From IMG/VR virus record IMGVR_UViG_3300003690_002543: 64,000 nt of DNA. One strand, written 5' to 3'. The translations under genes were made by a program, and so were the position numbers. This DNA comes from an uncultured virus (IMG/VR IMGVR_UViG_3300003690_002543). Lineage: Duplodnaviria > Heunggongvirae > Uroviricota > Caudoviricetes. The first letter of the stretch is position 1. Each line of letters opens with the position of its first letter. Below the pieces are notes generated by a model, which was not told the DNA's origin, did not search any database, and saw only the letters and a program-made list of their open reading frames with translations. Below are positions 10,953-20,896 of the stretch, piece by piece.

Positions 10953-11759
10953 ATGAAGCCAAATTCTAGGGAAACTCTTATAGATTATGCTTATAGAAGG
11001 CTCGGATCTCCTGTAATAGAAATTAATGTAGATTATGCACAGGCAGAAGAGCGATTGGATGATACACTTCAATATTTTTCAGAGAGACATTTTGATGGTG
11101 TGGAACGATGTATTTTTTCATATAAAGTGACAGACGAAGATATTAATAATCAATATATTGATACTAAAAATATTGGACTGGCGATGGGGTTTACTGGTTC
11201 TAATAGTCCCAGTGGAAAGGATATGTTAGCAATTACAAGGGTATATAAATTCGGTGCCCTAGCAAATCAGGATATGTTTGATATTCGATATCAGCTTGCT
11301 CTTACTGATTATTTTGGCGTTAATAGAGGTCTGGGTTATAATAGTTCAATGGGATTGGCCCAATTTGACAGCACTATGCGTTATATTAATCTTGTAGAAC
11401 AATTTTTTAATCCTGAACATATTATTCATTTTAGTAAAGTCACTGATAAACTTATAATGGATGCTAAATTGGCAACTGAATTAACAGTAGGACATTTTAT
11501 TGTAATTGAGGCATTTGCAACTTTGGATCCATCTGATTTCCCTAAAATTTTTGATGATCGTTATCTTAAGGAATATGTTACTGCTGCTATAAAGAGACAA
11601 TGGGGTTCTAATCTTTCTAAATTTGATGGAGTTCAGATGCCAGGTGGAGTGCTTTTGCGTGGAGGGCAACTATATCAAGAAGCTCTAGCAGAAATAGCAG
11701 CATTAGAACAAAGAATGCAATCTGAATACGAACTTCCAGTCAATTTCATAACGGGATAA
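10953..11759 (+). CDS. Neck protein gp13
   Basis: LIDYAYRRLGSPVIEINV..KRQWGSNLSKFDGVQMPGGVLLRG. Confidence 0.92.
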   Translation: MKPNSRETLIDYAYRRLGSPVIEINVDYAQAEERLDDTLQYFSERHFDGVERCIFSYKVTDEDINNQYIDTKNIGLAMGFTGSNSPSGKDMLAITRVYKFGALANQDMFDIRYQLALTDYFGVNRGLGYNSSMGLAQFDSTMRYINLVEQFFNPEHIIHFSKVTDKLIMDAKLATELTVGHFIVIEAFATLDPSDFPKIFDDRYLKEYVTAAIKRQWGSNLSKFDGVQMPGGVLLRGGQLYQEALAEIAALEQRMQSEYELPVNFITG

Positions 11760-11760
11760 T

Positions 11761-12450
11761 ATGCCAAGAAATCCATATATAAGAGATGTATCTAGTGAAC
11801 AAGACCTCATTGAGAGTTTAACTGCTGAAACAATACGAGCAATGGGGCGTGATGTCTATTATATTCCTCGAACATTAAATACACAAGATAAAATTTTTGG
11901 AGAAGATGCAGGAGCGTCTTTTGATGCTGCATATTTGATAGAAATGTATCATGAAGATGCAACAGTATTTGGTGGTGAGGGTGATATTATTGGTAAATTT
12001 GGTATCGATGTTAAAGATAGAGCCACGTTTAGAGTTGCAATAAAAACATTTATAACTTTGGTTACTAAAAAAAATGGTGATATTTGTCGTCCCAACGAAG
12101 GAGATTTAATTTATTATCCTTTATCTGGAACTTTATTTGAAATAACTTTTGTAGAACATGAAAATCCACTATACCAATTAGGTAAATTATATTCATGGGT
12201 TTTATTCGTAGAAACATTTGCATATAATAATGAATCTTTTGATACGGGCGTATGTGATATAGATGATTGCTTCGAAGGATTACGAAAATTGTGTGCTACA
12301 CCTGACAATCCAGATGAGCCTACAACATGTATACAAATTAATCCTGAATTAGATGGTGCGGAAATGGGTGATAATGTTGAAATAGAAATAGAAGCTGATG
12401 ATATAATTGATTTTAGTGACATAGATCCATTCTCTGAAGGTGAATATTAA
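11761..12450 (+). CDS. Neck protein gp14
   Basis: GRDVYYIPR..FGGEGDIIGKFG..RPNEGDLIYYP..LFEITFVEHENPLYQLGK..DPFSE. Confidence 0.92.
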   Translation: MPRNPYIRDVSSEQDLIESLTAETIRAMGRDVYYIPRTLNTQDKIFGEDAGASFDAAYLIEMYHEDATVFGGEGDIIGKFGIDVKDRATFRVAIKTFITLVTKKNGDICRPNEGDLIYYPLSGTLFEITFVEHENPLYQLGKLYSWVLFVETFAYNNESFDTGVCDIDDCFEGLRKLCATPDNPDEPTTCIQINPELDGAEMGDNVEIEIEADDIIDFSDIDPFSEGEY

Positions 12451-13115
12451 TGTTTGGTGGAGAAAGCGGATATTTTAATAATCAAGCATTACGAAAACTA
12501 GTTATAGGTTTTGGTGATTTATTTAATAATATGCGAGTAACTAAACCTGATTCTACTACTCAATATAAAATTCCATTAACTTATTCCCCAAAAGAAAAAT
12601 TTATTCGTAGAATTCAAGAACCAAGCTCAATTTCAGAGATTACACGAACAAGAATTACTTTGCCGCGAATGGGGTTCGAGATTATTGGATTAAATTATGA
12701 TCCAACACGTAAAAGAAATAAATTAACAAAGACAGTAGTTCCTGATCCAGACGATCCCGATAAAGTAGATTTTGCATATGCAGAAGTTCCATATTTGGTA
12801 AATTTTGGATTGTATAGTTTTTGTAGAACAATTGAAGAAAATTTACAAATAGTAGAACAAATTGCTTCACATTTTACTCCAGAATTTATAATTACTTTAA
12901 ATATAACTCCTGTTAATAAAAAGGTTGATATACCAATTATTCTTACTAGTATAGGATTAGCTGAATTGTATGAGGGTGGTTTTGAGGATACAAGAACTGT
13001 AACTACAACATTTAGTTTTATGGCAAAAAGTTATATTTTTGGGCCCGTAGATTCAGAAAAATCTGTTCATGAGCCACTAGTTAATCCAGACACTTCTTTT
13101 TTTGAAGATTTTTAG
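12450..13115 (+). CDS. Tail sheath stabiliser/terminator gp15
   Basis: LRKLVIGFGDLFNN..IPLTYSPKEKF..LPRMGFEIIGLNYDPTRK..LQIVEQI. Confidence 0.92.
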   Translation: MFGGESGYFNNQALRKLVIGFGDLFNNMRVTKPDSTTQYKIPLTYSPKEKFIRRIQEPSSISEITRTRITLPRMGFEIIGLNYDPTRKRNKLTKTVVPDPDDPDKVDFAYAEVPYLVNFGLYSFCRTIEENLQIVEQIASHFTPEFIITLNITPVNKKVDIPIILTSIGLAELYEGGFEDTRTVTTTFSFMAKSYIFGPVDSEKSVHEPLVNPDTSFFEDF

Positions 13116-13126
13116 GAGAATTTATT

Positions 13127-13576
13127 TTGTCTAAAAGTAATACTGCTGAACCATATGAAACAATTTCTGATGCATTGGATACATCTTTTAAAACAAAGAA
13201 TGAGATTGTTAAACATAAAAAAGAAGTAAAGGACTTATCTAAAAATGATACCGAAAAAGATTACAACAAAATTCGTAAGAATCTTTATGAACTTCTAGGT
13301 GATGGTAAGGAAGCAATAGATGGTATACTTAAAGTAGCGACCGAGGGAGATTCTCCTCGGGCCTATGAGGTTGTTGCTCAACTTCTTAAAACAGTTTCTG
13401 AAATAAACAAAGATATTATGGACCTCCATAAGCAGGTTAAAGAAATAAACAAAGAAGAAAATGTCTATAATCAAAATACAACTAGCGCAATTTATGTGGG
13501 GTCTACTTCAGATTTACAAGATCTTATAAATCCAAAACGGAGTAGAATGTTCTCAAGATCCAAGATATTTTATTAA
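13127..13576 (+). CDS. Terminase small subunit gp16 (3' end probably altered by a deletion near 13546)
   Basis: SPRAYEVVAQLLK..AIYVGSTSDLQ; TTG start preceded by AGGAG. Confidence 0.85.
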   Translation: MSKSNTAEPYETISDALDTSFKTKNEIVKHKKEVKDLSKNDTEKDYNKIRKNLYELLGDGKEAIDGILKVATEGDSPRAYEVVAQLLKTVSEINKDIMDLHKQVKEINKEENVYNQNTTSAIYVGSTSDLQDLINPKRSRMFSRSKIFY

Positions 13577-15143
13577 AAAATATGTTAAAATTGTTTCTCT
13601 TGATGAAGGACTTGTATCTTTTAATCTTTATGATTATCAAAAAGAAATTGTAGATATTATTCATAATAATAGATTTGTTATTGCAAAACTTCCACGCCAG
13701 TCAGGAAAATCTACTACAGTGGTTTCATATATTTTACATTATATTTTATTTAATCAAAACATGACTGTTGCGATTCTTGCAAATAAACAAGCAACAGCAA
13801 GAGATATTCTTAGTCGTCTAAAATTAGCATATGAATATCTTCCTTTATGGTTACAACAAGGAATCGTAGAATGGAATAAAGGATCAGTTGAATTCGAAAA
13901 TGGATCTCGAATTATTGCAAGTTCTACTTCTGCCTCTGCTGTTCGCGGTGGTTCTTTTAATATGATATTTCTTGATGAATTCGCACACGTTCCTCAAAAT
14001 ATTGCCGAGGAGTTTTTCAGTTCTGTATATCCTACAATCACATCGGGACAAACAACAAAAGTTCTAATGGTATCCACTCCAAATGGTTTAAATTTATTTT
14101 ATCATTATTGGAGAGGTGCGAGCAAAAAAGCTGGGGAGTATGGTAAAAATGAATATATTCCAATTGAAGTGCATTGGTCACAAGTTCCCAAATATCCTGG
14201 CGGTCCTTTACGTGATCAAGAATGGAAAGAACAGCAAGTAAAAAATACAAGTGAACAGCAATTTCAAACAGAATTTGAATGTGATTTCATTGGTTCAACA
14301 AATACTCTTATATCATCGAGTAAATTGCATTGCTTGAGTTATATAACTCCAATTCATAATAATAATGATGGGCTTGCCATTTATGAAGAACCGAAAGAAG
14401 ATCATGTCTATGTGATTACAGTTGATACAGCACGGGGCCAGGGACTAGATTATAGTGCATTTGCTATTATTGATATAACAGATAGTCCATATAAAGTTGT
14501 TGGACGTTTTAGAAATAATACAATAGCTCCTCTTGTTTTTCCTACAGCAATAAAAAGTGTAGGAGATCGATATAATAATGCATATTGTTTAATTGAAGTT
14601 AATGATATTGGTGCTCAAGTAGCAGATATTCTTTTTCGAGATTTAGAATATGAGAATGTATTGCAAGCTGTATATAAAGGAAGGGCAGGACAAATAATTG
14701 GGAGTGGATTTGGAAATACTAATACACAGATGGGTGTGAGAACTACAGTTCCAGTTAAAAAATTGGGTTGTTCTGTATTAAAAAGTTTAATCGAAAATGA
14801 TAAATTAATTATTGAAGATATGGAAACTGTTCAGGAACTTTATACATTTGTAGCAAAGGGACAATCGTTTGAAGCTGATGAAGGGCATAATGATGATTTA
14901 GCTATGTGTTTGGTTCTTTTTGGGTGGTTGACGCGACAGGAATATTTTAAAAATCTGACAGATCTTGATATTCGTAAAGATATTTACCAAGATGAAATGC
15001 AAAGAATAGAAGATGATATGGTGCCATTTGGTTTTTTAGCTGGTATGGAAGTGGAAGAAGAAACTTCTTTTTGGGATGGAGATGATTATTGGAAACCTTC
15101 CAATGACTCTGATTTCAATACCTCCGACGACACATTTCTATAA
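13548..15143 (+). CDS. Terminase large subunit gp17; N-terminus missing
   Basis: Frame is open upstream of the called 13719 start and reads CSQDPRYFIKKYVKIVSLDEGL..Walker A PRQSGKST; Walker B IFLDEFA; nuclease VDTARG and HNDDLAM; in-frame stop at 13527-13529. Confidence 0.93.
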   Translation, partial: CSQDPRYFIKKYVKIVSLDEGLVSFNLYDYQKEIVDIIHNNRFVIAKLPRQSGKSTTVVSYILHYILFNQNMTVAILANKQATARDILSRLKLAYEYLPLWLQQGIVEWNKGSVEFENGSRIIASSTSASAVRGGSFNMIFLDEFAHVPQNIAEEFFSSVYPTITSGQTTKVLMVSTPNGLNLFYHYWRGASKKAGEYGKNEYIPIEVHWSQVPKYPGGPLRDQEWKEQQVKNTSEQQFQTEFECDFIGSTNTLISSSKLHCLSYITPIHNNNDGLAIYEEPKEDHVYVITVDTARGQGLDYSAFAIIDITDSPYKVVGRFRNNTIAPLVFPTAIKSVGDRYNNAYCLIEVNDIGAQVADILFRDLEYENVLQAVYKGRAGQIIGSGFGNTNTQMGVRTTVPVKKLGCSVLKSLIENDKLIIEDMETVQELYTFVAKGQSFEADEGHNDDLAMCLVLFGWLTRQEYFKNLTDLDIRKDIYQDEMQRIEDDMVPFGFLAGMEVEEETSFWDGDDYWKPSNDSDFNTSDDTFL

Positions 15144-15146
15144 ATA
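15139..15146 (+). promoter_or_regulatory. T4-type late (gp55) promoter TATAAATA
   Basis: Exact consensus about 30 nt upstream of the tail sheath gene. Confidence 0.75.
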
Positions 15147-15177
15147 AAGTAGCACAAGTTCTCGTCGGGAGATAAAA

Positions 15178-16449
15178 ATGCCAGATGTTACAGTACAGTT
15201 TGATACTAAAAATTCATTTATAGCAGAAACTGCCGAAATAGAAAACAATTTTAAGGCAGGGTTTATTAGTAATAATGGACTAGTATGTGCCCTTGGAATT
15301 ACAACTGAGCGTGAACAGGGGTATATGGTAGTTCAGGGTGTTCAAAATTGGTATGCTAAATTAAGTGGTACATATCCAATAAATCCAGCATATCCAATTG
15401 ATGGAAATAGTGCAGAGGGAAATTGGCCCCGTGGTGCGAGTGCTGGGTGGGCAGATGGTTGGCACGCGGTGAACACATATTTGCAGTATGGGGGTATGGT
15501 TTGTATAGCTGGAACTGGTTCAAATATAAACACTATCAGTCCAAAAGAAACTCTTAAAAGCCCTGATTTAGAATTTGGGGCAATTTTTGGGGCAACAGCA
15601 GAAAATAACACGGATTTAACAGAAATTGCTACAGAAAGAGGAGATTGTGTTGCAATTTGTGCTCTTGCAGTAACAGGAGATATTGGAACTGATATTACTA
15701 AAGTGGATGCACCTTTAGGAACATCGGGAGATAAATATACATTTTATGTTGCAGGTTCAAAATACCACCTAAAAGATAATGCTCTTATAGCATCATCCCA
15801 AGACATTAATAATTTACAGTTAACACCATTAACTGCTGATGTTGCAGGCTGTTTTGCAAGAACGAATAGTACTGCACAACCATGGTCATCTCCTGCTGGA
15901 TTTTCACGAGGAAGAATTTTGAGTGTTGTACGACTACAACAGCCATTAACAAAAAGTAGTGCAGATACTTTATATGCAAATAATATAAATCCGATTAAAA
16001 CTTTTCCCGGAGAAGGAAGTTTTTTGTTTGGTGATAAAACAAGAAGACAACCATCTGAAAATGAAAACTTTGCTCATGTAAACGTTACTAATTTGGTAGT
16101 ATACTTAAGAAAGGTTTTGAGTAGTATTGCGAATAAATATCTTTTTGAATTAAATGATGAGTCAAATAGAAATTCTTTCATAAACAGATCAACACCAATT
16201 TTAAGATCAGTTTTAAATTCTGGTGGAATTACAGAATTTAAAATTGTATGTGATACAACAAACAATCCACCCAGTGTAGTTGATAATCAACAATTTGTTG
16301 CTGACCTTTATATTAAAGAGACACAAACAATTCAAGAGATACAAATTAGATTTACTAATGTTCTTGCAAACGAAAGTGTTTTGGGTAGTATAAATGGTAG
16401 TAGTCTTACAGATCCGGCACGATCTGGATATGATACGGGACCACTATGA
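15178..16449 (+). CDS. Tail sheath protein gp18 (short)
   Basis: DVAGCFART..PWSSPAGFSRG..LYANNINPI..FGDKT..FELND..VCDTTNNPPSVVD. Confidence 0.9.
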   Translation: MPDVTVQFDTKNSFIAETAEIENNFKAGFISNNGLVCALGITTEREQGYMVVQGVQNWYAKLSGTYPINPAYPIDGNSAEGNWPRGASAGWADGWHAVNTYLQYGGMVCIAGTGSNINTISPKETLKSPDLEFGAIFGATAENNTDLTEIATERGDCVAICALAVTGDIGTDITKVDAPLGTSGDKYTFYVAGSKYHLKDNALIASSQDINNLQLTPLTADVAGCFARTNSTAQPWSSPAGFSRGRILSVVRLQQPLTKSSADTLYANNINPIKTFPGEGSFLFGDKTRRQPSENENFAHVNVTNLVVYLRKVLSSIANKYLFELNDESNRNSFINRSTPILRSVLNSGGITEFKIVCDTTNNPPSVVDNQQFVADLYIKETQTIQEIQIRFTNVLANESVLGSINGSSLTDPARSGYDTGPL

Positions 16450-16478
16450 ATTGCAGAGTATTGAGTTAGGGGAGTATA

Positions 16479-17015
16479 ATGCCAGCAGATAATTCTTCTA
16501 GTCTAGGAACTTTTATTAATGGGTTTAAAGGAGGTAATCGAACCCATAGGTATTCTGTTGATATGGAGTTTCCTTTTAATGCGAGGTCTGAAAGAGATTT
16601 AACACGTTTTTTTATTCGATCAATAAGTTTACCACCAAGTCAAGTAAATCCAATTCGAGTTCCATATAGAGGAAGAATTTTAAAATGGCCAGGAGATCGT
16701 ATTTATTTTCCATGGACAATTAGAATTTTAGATCAAAATAGTGGAACGAATGAATCACTCTGGAATGACTTTCATAGATGGAGTAATATAATTAATAATA
16801 ATGACTCAAATGTGAGTAGTGATGTGTGGGATGATTTTACTGCTGATTGGATAATACACCAAGTAAATACAAAAGGTGAAGTAATTAAAACAATGACTTT
16901 AATTGATTGTTGGCCAACAGTTGTAGGACCAATAACTTTAGATTCAAATGCTATAGATACTTTAGTAGAATTTACGGTGACTGTAGAATATCAATGGTAT
17001 ACAATTAATGATTAA
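16479..17015 (+). CDS. Tail tube protein gp19
   Basis: SLPPS..VPYRGRILKWPGDRIYFPWTI..CWPTVVGPITL..EFTVTVEYQW. Confidence 0.9.
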   Translation: MPADNSSSLGTFINGFKGGNRTHRYSVDMEFPFNARSERDLTRFFIRSISLPPSQVNPIRVPYRGRILKWPGDRIYFPWTIRILDQNSGTNESLWNDFHRWSNIINNNDSNVSSDVWDDFTADWIIHQVNTKGEVIKTMTLIDCWPTVVGPITLDSNAIDTLVEFTVTVEYQWYTIND

Positions 17016-17036
17016 TAATATTATGGAGTTACAAAA

Positions 17037-18575
17037 ATGGCATTAGATTTATTTGGATTCACAATAGGAAGAACACCCAAAGGACAGTCTGTAGAGCCTA
17101 TTCCTGATAATATCAAAAGTGTTATTCCTCCCGATGAATACGACGGTTCGTATATGTTTGAAACTGGCGGTATTCTTGGGACGTATGTAGATTTCAGTGG
17201 TTCGGTTCGTGATGAGAATGCATTAATTAAGCAATATAGAGGAATAGCACTTTATCCTGAAGTTGATATTGCAATTGAAGATATTTGTAATGATGCTATT
17301 GTGATGGGTTCTGATAGAAGACCCATAAAAGTAAGTCTTGATAAAGCTAAACTCTCAGAAAATATTAAAAATAAAATATATAATGAATTTGATTATGTTC
17401 TTCGTCTTTTGGATATTCATAAAAAAGCGTATGAAGTTTTTAGAAGATGGTATGTAGACTCAAAATTATTTTATCATGTTATTATAAATCAGGATGATCC
17501 ATCAAAAGGTATTCATGAGCTTAGACCGATTGATCCAGTAAAAATTAAAAGAATCAGAAAAATAATAAAAAGTAAAAATCAACCTTACAATGCAGTGGTT
17601 TCGCTGGTAGAAGGTGTTGAAGAATACTATATTTACACCAATACAGAAAAAGATAGTGCCTATCCTACTCCGAGTGCAGGAATAAAATTAACAAAAGATT
17701 CTGTTGTATATGCAAGTTCTGGACTGGTTGATGCAAATTCAAAACGAGTAGTTGGATATTTACAAAAAGCAATTCGACCAGTAAATATGCTTCGTCAAAT
17801 AGAAGATGCTGTTGTCATTTATAGAATTTCAAGAGCACCCGAGAGAAGAATATTCTATATTGATGTGGGTAATCTACCAAAACAAAAAGCAGAACAATAT
17901 CTTCGTGAAATTATGCAAAGATATAGAACCAAGATGATTTATGATCAAAGTACTGGTCAAATTCAAGATAGTAGACAACATATGACTATGCTTGAAGATT
18001 ACTGGCTTCCACGAAGAGAAGGTGGTAGAGGAACTGAAATTACTACTCTTTCTGGTGGACAAAACTTGGGTCAAATGGACGATGTAGAATATCTTCTTCG
18101 TAAAGTTTATAATGCGCTTAACGTACCATTAACAAGAATGCTGCCTGATAGTGGTTTTAATATGGGCCGCGCGGCAGAAATTACACGAGATGAAGTTAAA
18201 TTCTATAAGTATATTGAAAGACTTCGGAATCGTTTTGCAAATATATTTTTAGGTGCGTTGAGAGTTCAGTGTATTCTTAAAGGTATTATAACAGAGGATG
18301 ATTGGAATGAAATCAGCCCAGATATTGAAATAATTTTCAATAGAGATTCTTATTTTACAGAACTCAAAGAAAATGAAATATTAACAAATCGATTACAAAT
18401 GCTTTCTGCAATACAACCACTTATTGGTCAATATTTTTCTCTTAATTATGTAAAAACACAAATTCTTCGTATGACAGAAGAAGAAGTAATTAAAATGGAT
18501 CAAGAAATAGAAGTTGAAATGCAAAATCAACAAATATTACCACCACCTGTTGAACCAGAAGGAATTCAAGGATGA
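17037..18575 (+). CDS. Portal protein gp20
   Basis: FRRWYVD..YRISRAPERRIFYIDVGNLPKQKAEQY..MLEDYWLPRREGGRGTEITTL. Confidence 0.97.
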   Translation: MALDLFGFTIGRTPKGQSVEPIPDNIKSVIPPDEYDGSYMFETGGILGTYVDFSGSVRDENALIKQYRGIALYPEVDIAIEDICNDAIVMGSDRRPIKVSLDKAKLSENIKNKIYNEFDYVLRLLDIHKKAYEVFRRWYVDSKLFYHVIINQDDPSKGIHELRPIDPVKIKRIRKIIKSKNQPYNAVVSLVEGVEEYYIYTNTEKDSAYPTPSAGIKLTKDSVVYASSGLVDANSKRVVGYLQKAIRPVNMLRQIEDAVVIYRISRAPERRIFYIDVGNLPKQKAEQYLREIMQRYRTKMIYDQSTGQIQDSRQHMTMLEDYWLPRREGGRGTEITTLSGGQNLGQMDDVEYLLRKVYNALNVPLTRMLPDSGFNMGRAAEITRDEVKFYKYIERLRNRFANIFLGALRVQCILKGIITEDDWNEISPDIEIIFNRDSYFTELKENEILTNRLQMLSAIQPLIGQYFSLNYVKTQILRMTEEEVIKMDQEIEVEMQNQQILPPPVEPEGIQG

Positions 18576-18994
18576 ATTCTATTACATTAATTAAAAATTT
18601 TATTTATCAAGAATTAGATGAATTTAAATCAAATTTCGATTCTATTTTGCAATCTAAAATTGCAGAGAATAAATTAAATAGCATAGTAGAAAATATTGGG
18701 AGTATTTTTGCAATTGAAAAAGACCTAAATAAAGAGGAATTGGATTTTAATGTTATAGATATTTTGCAAGAATCTATTCGCCAAAGGAACAATATATCAC
18801 TTATTCTTGAAGATAATTTTGAAGTGATATTAAAACCTAGAGATAGTGAGAAAATTCTATTAGTATTTGATCATTTAAATGAAAATAATCAGGTATTGTT
18901 GATTAATAATATTATAAAATCAAAAGTTCATTTTGATGAAACAGTAAATTTTTGTTCATCATTAAAAGAAAAGGAAAGGCACAAAAATGTCTAG
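18572..18994 (+). CDS. Hypothetical head-assembly protein (gp67/gp68-region)
   Basis: Coupled ORF between the portal and protease genes. Confidence 0.5.
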   Translation: MNSITLIKNFIYQELDEFKSNFDSILQSKIAENKLNSIVENIGSIFAIEKDLNKEELDFNVIDILQESIRQRNNISLILEDNFEVILKPRDSEKILLVFDHLNENNQVLLINNIIKSKVHFDETVNFCSSLKEKERHKNV

Positions 18995-19166
18995 AAGCGT
19001 AAATATAATTAAGCATCTTGTTGATGAAAATCTCATCGACGCAAAAACAGAAACAGAAAGTTATCTTAATGATATTCTTTCAAATTCTATTAAAAATAAG
19101 TATCAAGAAGTAGCACCATCTATGTTTACTAACTTAGATAAAAATGGTGAGGAAGAAGAGCTATAA
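18987..19166 (+). CDS. Small prohead core-like protein (59 aa, absent from the ORF track)
   Basis: MSRSVNIIKHLVDENLIDAKTETESYLNDILSNSIKNKYQEVAPSMF..; stop overlaps the gp21 start (TAATG). Confidence 0.65.
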   Translation: MSRSVNIIKHLVDENLIDAKTETESYLNDILSNSIKNKYQEVAPSMFTNLDKNGEEEEL

Positions 19167-19810
19167 TGAAATTAATTACAGAAATAGTCGAGGATGTAGA
19201 CTATCTCATAGAAAAGAAAGATAATGTCAAGGAATATTACATCCATGGTATTTTCATGCAGGCAGAACAAAAGAATCGAAATGGTAGGATTTATCCACTT
19301 CGATATATTACCCCTGCAATAGAAAAGTATATTGCTGAATATGTGAATAAGAAACGTGCCATGGGCGAACTTAATCATCCCACTGGACCAACTGTAAATC
19401 TTGATAAAGTTTCACATATTGTAAAGGAACTTGTTTGTGAAGGAAATAATTTTACTGGCAAAGCAAAGATTCTTGATACTCCTATGGGAAACATTGTGAA
19501 GAGTCTTATTGAAGAGGGTGCAAAATTGGGTGTTTCTTCTCGTGGAATGGGTACACTTAAGAAAAGGAGTGGTGGAATTAATGAAGTTCAAAGTGACTTT
19601 ATTCTTTCCGCAGTAGATATTGTTGCAGATCCATCTGCTCCAGATGCGTTTGTTAACGGTATTTTGGAGGGTAAAGAGTGGATTTGGGACAATGGTATAC
19701 TTCGAGAACAAGAAATAGCTAAATATGAAAGAGAAATAAAAAAAGCCTCTGTAAAGCATTTAGAAGAAAAAACTTTAATGGCTTTTAAAGATTTTCTTTC
19801 TAAATTATAG
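19166..19810 (+). CDS. Prohead protease gp21
   Basis: MKLITE..GIFMQAEQKNRNGRIY..GELNHP..GVSSRGMG..DIVADPSAPDAFV. Confidence 0.96.
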   Translation: MKLITEIVEDVDYLIEKKDNVKEYYIHGIFMQAEQKNRNGRIYPLRYITPAIEKYIAEYVNKKRAMGELNHPTGPTVNLDKVSHIVKELVCEGNNFTGKAKILDTPMGNIVKSLIEEGAKLGVSSRGMGTLKKRSGGINEVQSDFILSAVDIVADPSAPDAFVNGILEGKEWIWDNGILREQEIAKYEREIKKASVKHLEEKTLMAFKDFLSKL

Positions 19811-19814
19811 GTTT

Positions 19815-19822
19815 TATACATA
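19815..19822 (+). promoter_or_regulatory. Late-promoter variant TATACATA
   Basis: One mismatch to TATAAATA; intergenic, upstream of the scaffold and capsid genes. Confidence 0.5.
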
Positions 19823-19851
19823 CTACGAATAGGCGTAAGGAGCTTTCTAAA

Positions 19852-20877
19852 ATGGCCGAAGAACTTTATAGGCGACAACAAGAACAAAGAGAAAACGAAG
19901 ATGACCAGGGCAAAGAAGCTGAAGCTAGTAAATTGGGAGTAGAAGCTCCGGCCGCTGCTACACCAGCCACTGCTGGTGGTACAGAAGATTATGATACTTC
20001 TGGACAAGGTTCATACGATGCCTCTGGTCAAGGTGTCCATGTTGCTGGCACTGATGTAATTCCTGATGGAATTGCTCAGGCAAATATGGCATCTATTGCG
20101 GCAAAAGCACTTTCATATAATCCCGCAACTGTATATGTTCCTCAAGTTGGTACAGAAGAGGTTGAAGAGCATCTTAATATAATGTTTGATGGACAAGAAT
20201 TATCCGAAGATTTCAAAATTAAAGTAGGAAGTATTTACGAAGCCGCTGTAAATAGTAAAATTAATGAATTTGCAACACAACTTGATGAGTCATACAAAAA
20301 TGTACTCAATGAACAAGTAGAAAGTATTATTGTTAATCTTGCAGAAAAACTTGATGATTATCTTAACTATGTTATAGATGATTGGATGAATAAGAATGAA
20401 CTCGCTATTGAGCGAGGAGTTAAAACAGATATTGCAGAATCTTTCATTAAAGGTTTGAAATCGCTGTTTGAGGCGCATTATGTTAATATTCCAGATGAAC
20501 GTTATGATGTTCTCGATGATCTTTTTGATGCAAATGAAAAACTTCAAGAATCTCTCAATGAAGAAATTGAAACCAATATTGAACTTAAGGCACATTTAAA
20601 TGAGGGCACAAAAGTTCAAATTTTTAATCATTATGCACAAGATTTAGCAGACACAGAAGTTGAAAAATTTGCCACACTTGCAGATAGTGTTTCATACAAT
20701 GATGCTGAATCATATAATGAAAAATTACATCAAATTAAAGAATCATATTTCAATAATACTGCTCCTGCACAACAGCCTGTCGAATTAATTGAAGAAACAA
20801 CTAACTCAAAAATTTCAAATGGTACTGCAATGGATGCTTATGTTGATACTCTTGCATTCCATATGAGAAATAAATAA
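19852..20877 (+). CDS. Prohead core scaffold gp22
   Basis: LSEDFK..IYEAAV..LDDYLNYV..AESFIKGLKSLF..IKESYF..MDAYV. Confidence 0.9.
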   Translation: MAEELYRRQQEQRENEDDQGKEAEASKLGVEAPAAATPATAGGTEDYDTSGQGSYDASGQGVHVAGTDVIPDGIAQANMASIAAKALSYNPATVYVPQVGTEEVEEHLNIMFDGQELSEDFKIKVGSIYEAAVNSKINEFATQLDESYKNVLNEQVESIIVNLAEKLDDYLNYVIDDWMNKNELAIERGVKTDIAESFIKGLKSLFEAHYVNIPDERYDVLDDLFDANEKLQESLNEEIETNIELKAHLNEGTKVQIFNHYAQDLADTEVEKFATLADSVSYNDAESYNEKLHQIKESYFNNTAPAQQPVELIEETTNSKISNGTAMDAYVDTLAFHMRNK

Positions 20878-20896
20878 ACCCAAGGAGAAATCAGTA

